DNA of 64,000 nucleotides, from positions 116,066,001 to 116,130,000 of the forward strand of contig NC_045697.1 in NCBI RefSeq assembly GCF_009834535.1. The letters run 5' to 3'. Positions 63,721 through 64,000 of the stretch are shown here, in pieces. The first letter of the stretch is position 1. Each line of letters begins with the position of its first letter. The notes below the pieces were generated by a model. The model was not told the DNA's origin and made no database searches. It was given only the letters and a program-made list of their open reading frames with translations. This stretch comes from Camelus ferus. Taxonomy: Eukaryota. Position numbers and translations under genes: made by a program.

Positions 63721-64000
63721 AGGAAACCTTATACAGCTCCCAGTCTTCCAAGAGAACAAGATCATTTCTGAGACTGAAGAACAAGAGGCAAAAGAAAAGG
63801 AAAGGAAAAAAAAAAAAAAAGCTAAAATGGCTGACTGCACACAGTCTCCCCTCCAAAAGGCTTCATACAGAAAGATACGAGTCAGGGCAGTGCAGGCACC
63901 GGTCCCCAGCATCCAGCCAAGCATGGTTAATACTCTTGTTTCATTTGCAATCGCACACACGGACCCCTCCAACCAAGAAAGAAAGGGAGGAAGAAGAAGA

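Noticed and set aside
1..64000. A novel multi-gene or prokaryote-type system
   Set aside because: All convincing coding sequence belongs to RAPGEF2 or L1. I saw no operon-like, viral-gene or compositionally foreign segment.

Overview
Mammalian genomic DNA, most likely camelid (inferred from tRNA-Ala-like vic-1-type SINEs and artiodactyl-type L1 3' ends). The window holds the 5' coding part of RAPGEF2 (PDZ-GEF1/RA-GEF-1) on the minus strand. I reconstructed 11 coding exons by hand. All have GT-AG boundaries and consistent phases, totalling 1652 nt (550 codons + 2 nt), from MKPLATPANHG... at 63443 through the cNMP-binding, REM and PDZ domains to ...ILPQKPY at 2172. The gene continues beyond position 1. 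The rest is intronic, including a ~36.6 kb first intron, with SINEs, L1 fragments, a solo ERV LTR, MIR/L2 relics and microsatellites. Nearly all other ORFs in the supplied track are chance or repeat-derived. I see no evidence of a new multi-gene system. The best leads are: (1) a candidate alternative first coding exon of 77 aa at 46857-47087; (2) a TSD-flanked element joining an L1 5'-UTR-like head directly to an L1 3' tail at 58702-59088; (3) a uORF whose stop overlaps the main ATG, plus a nearby candidate poison exon; (4) several nested or retrocopied insertions. Family names and human-protein comparisons are from memory; no searches were run.
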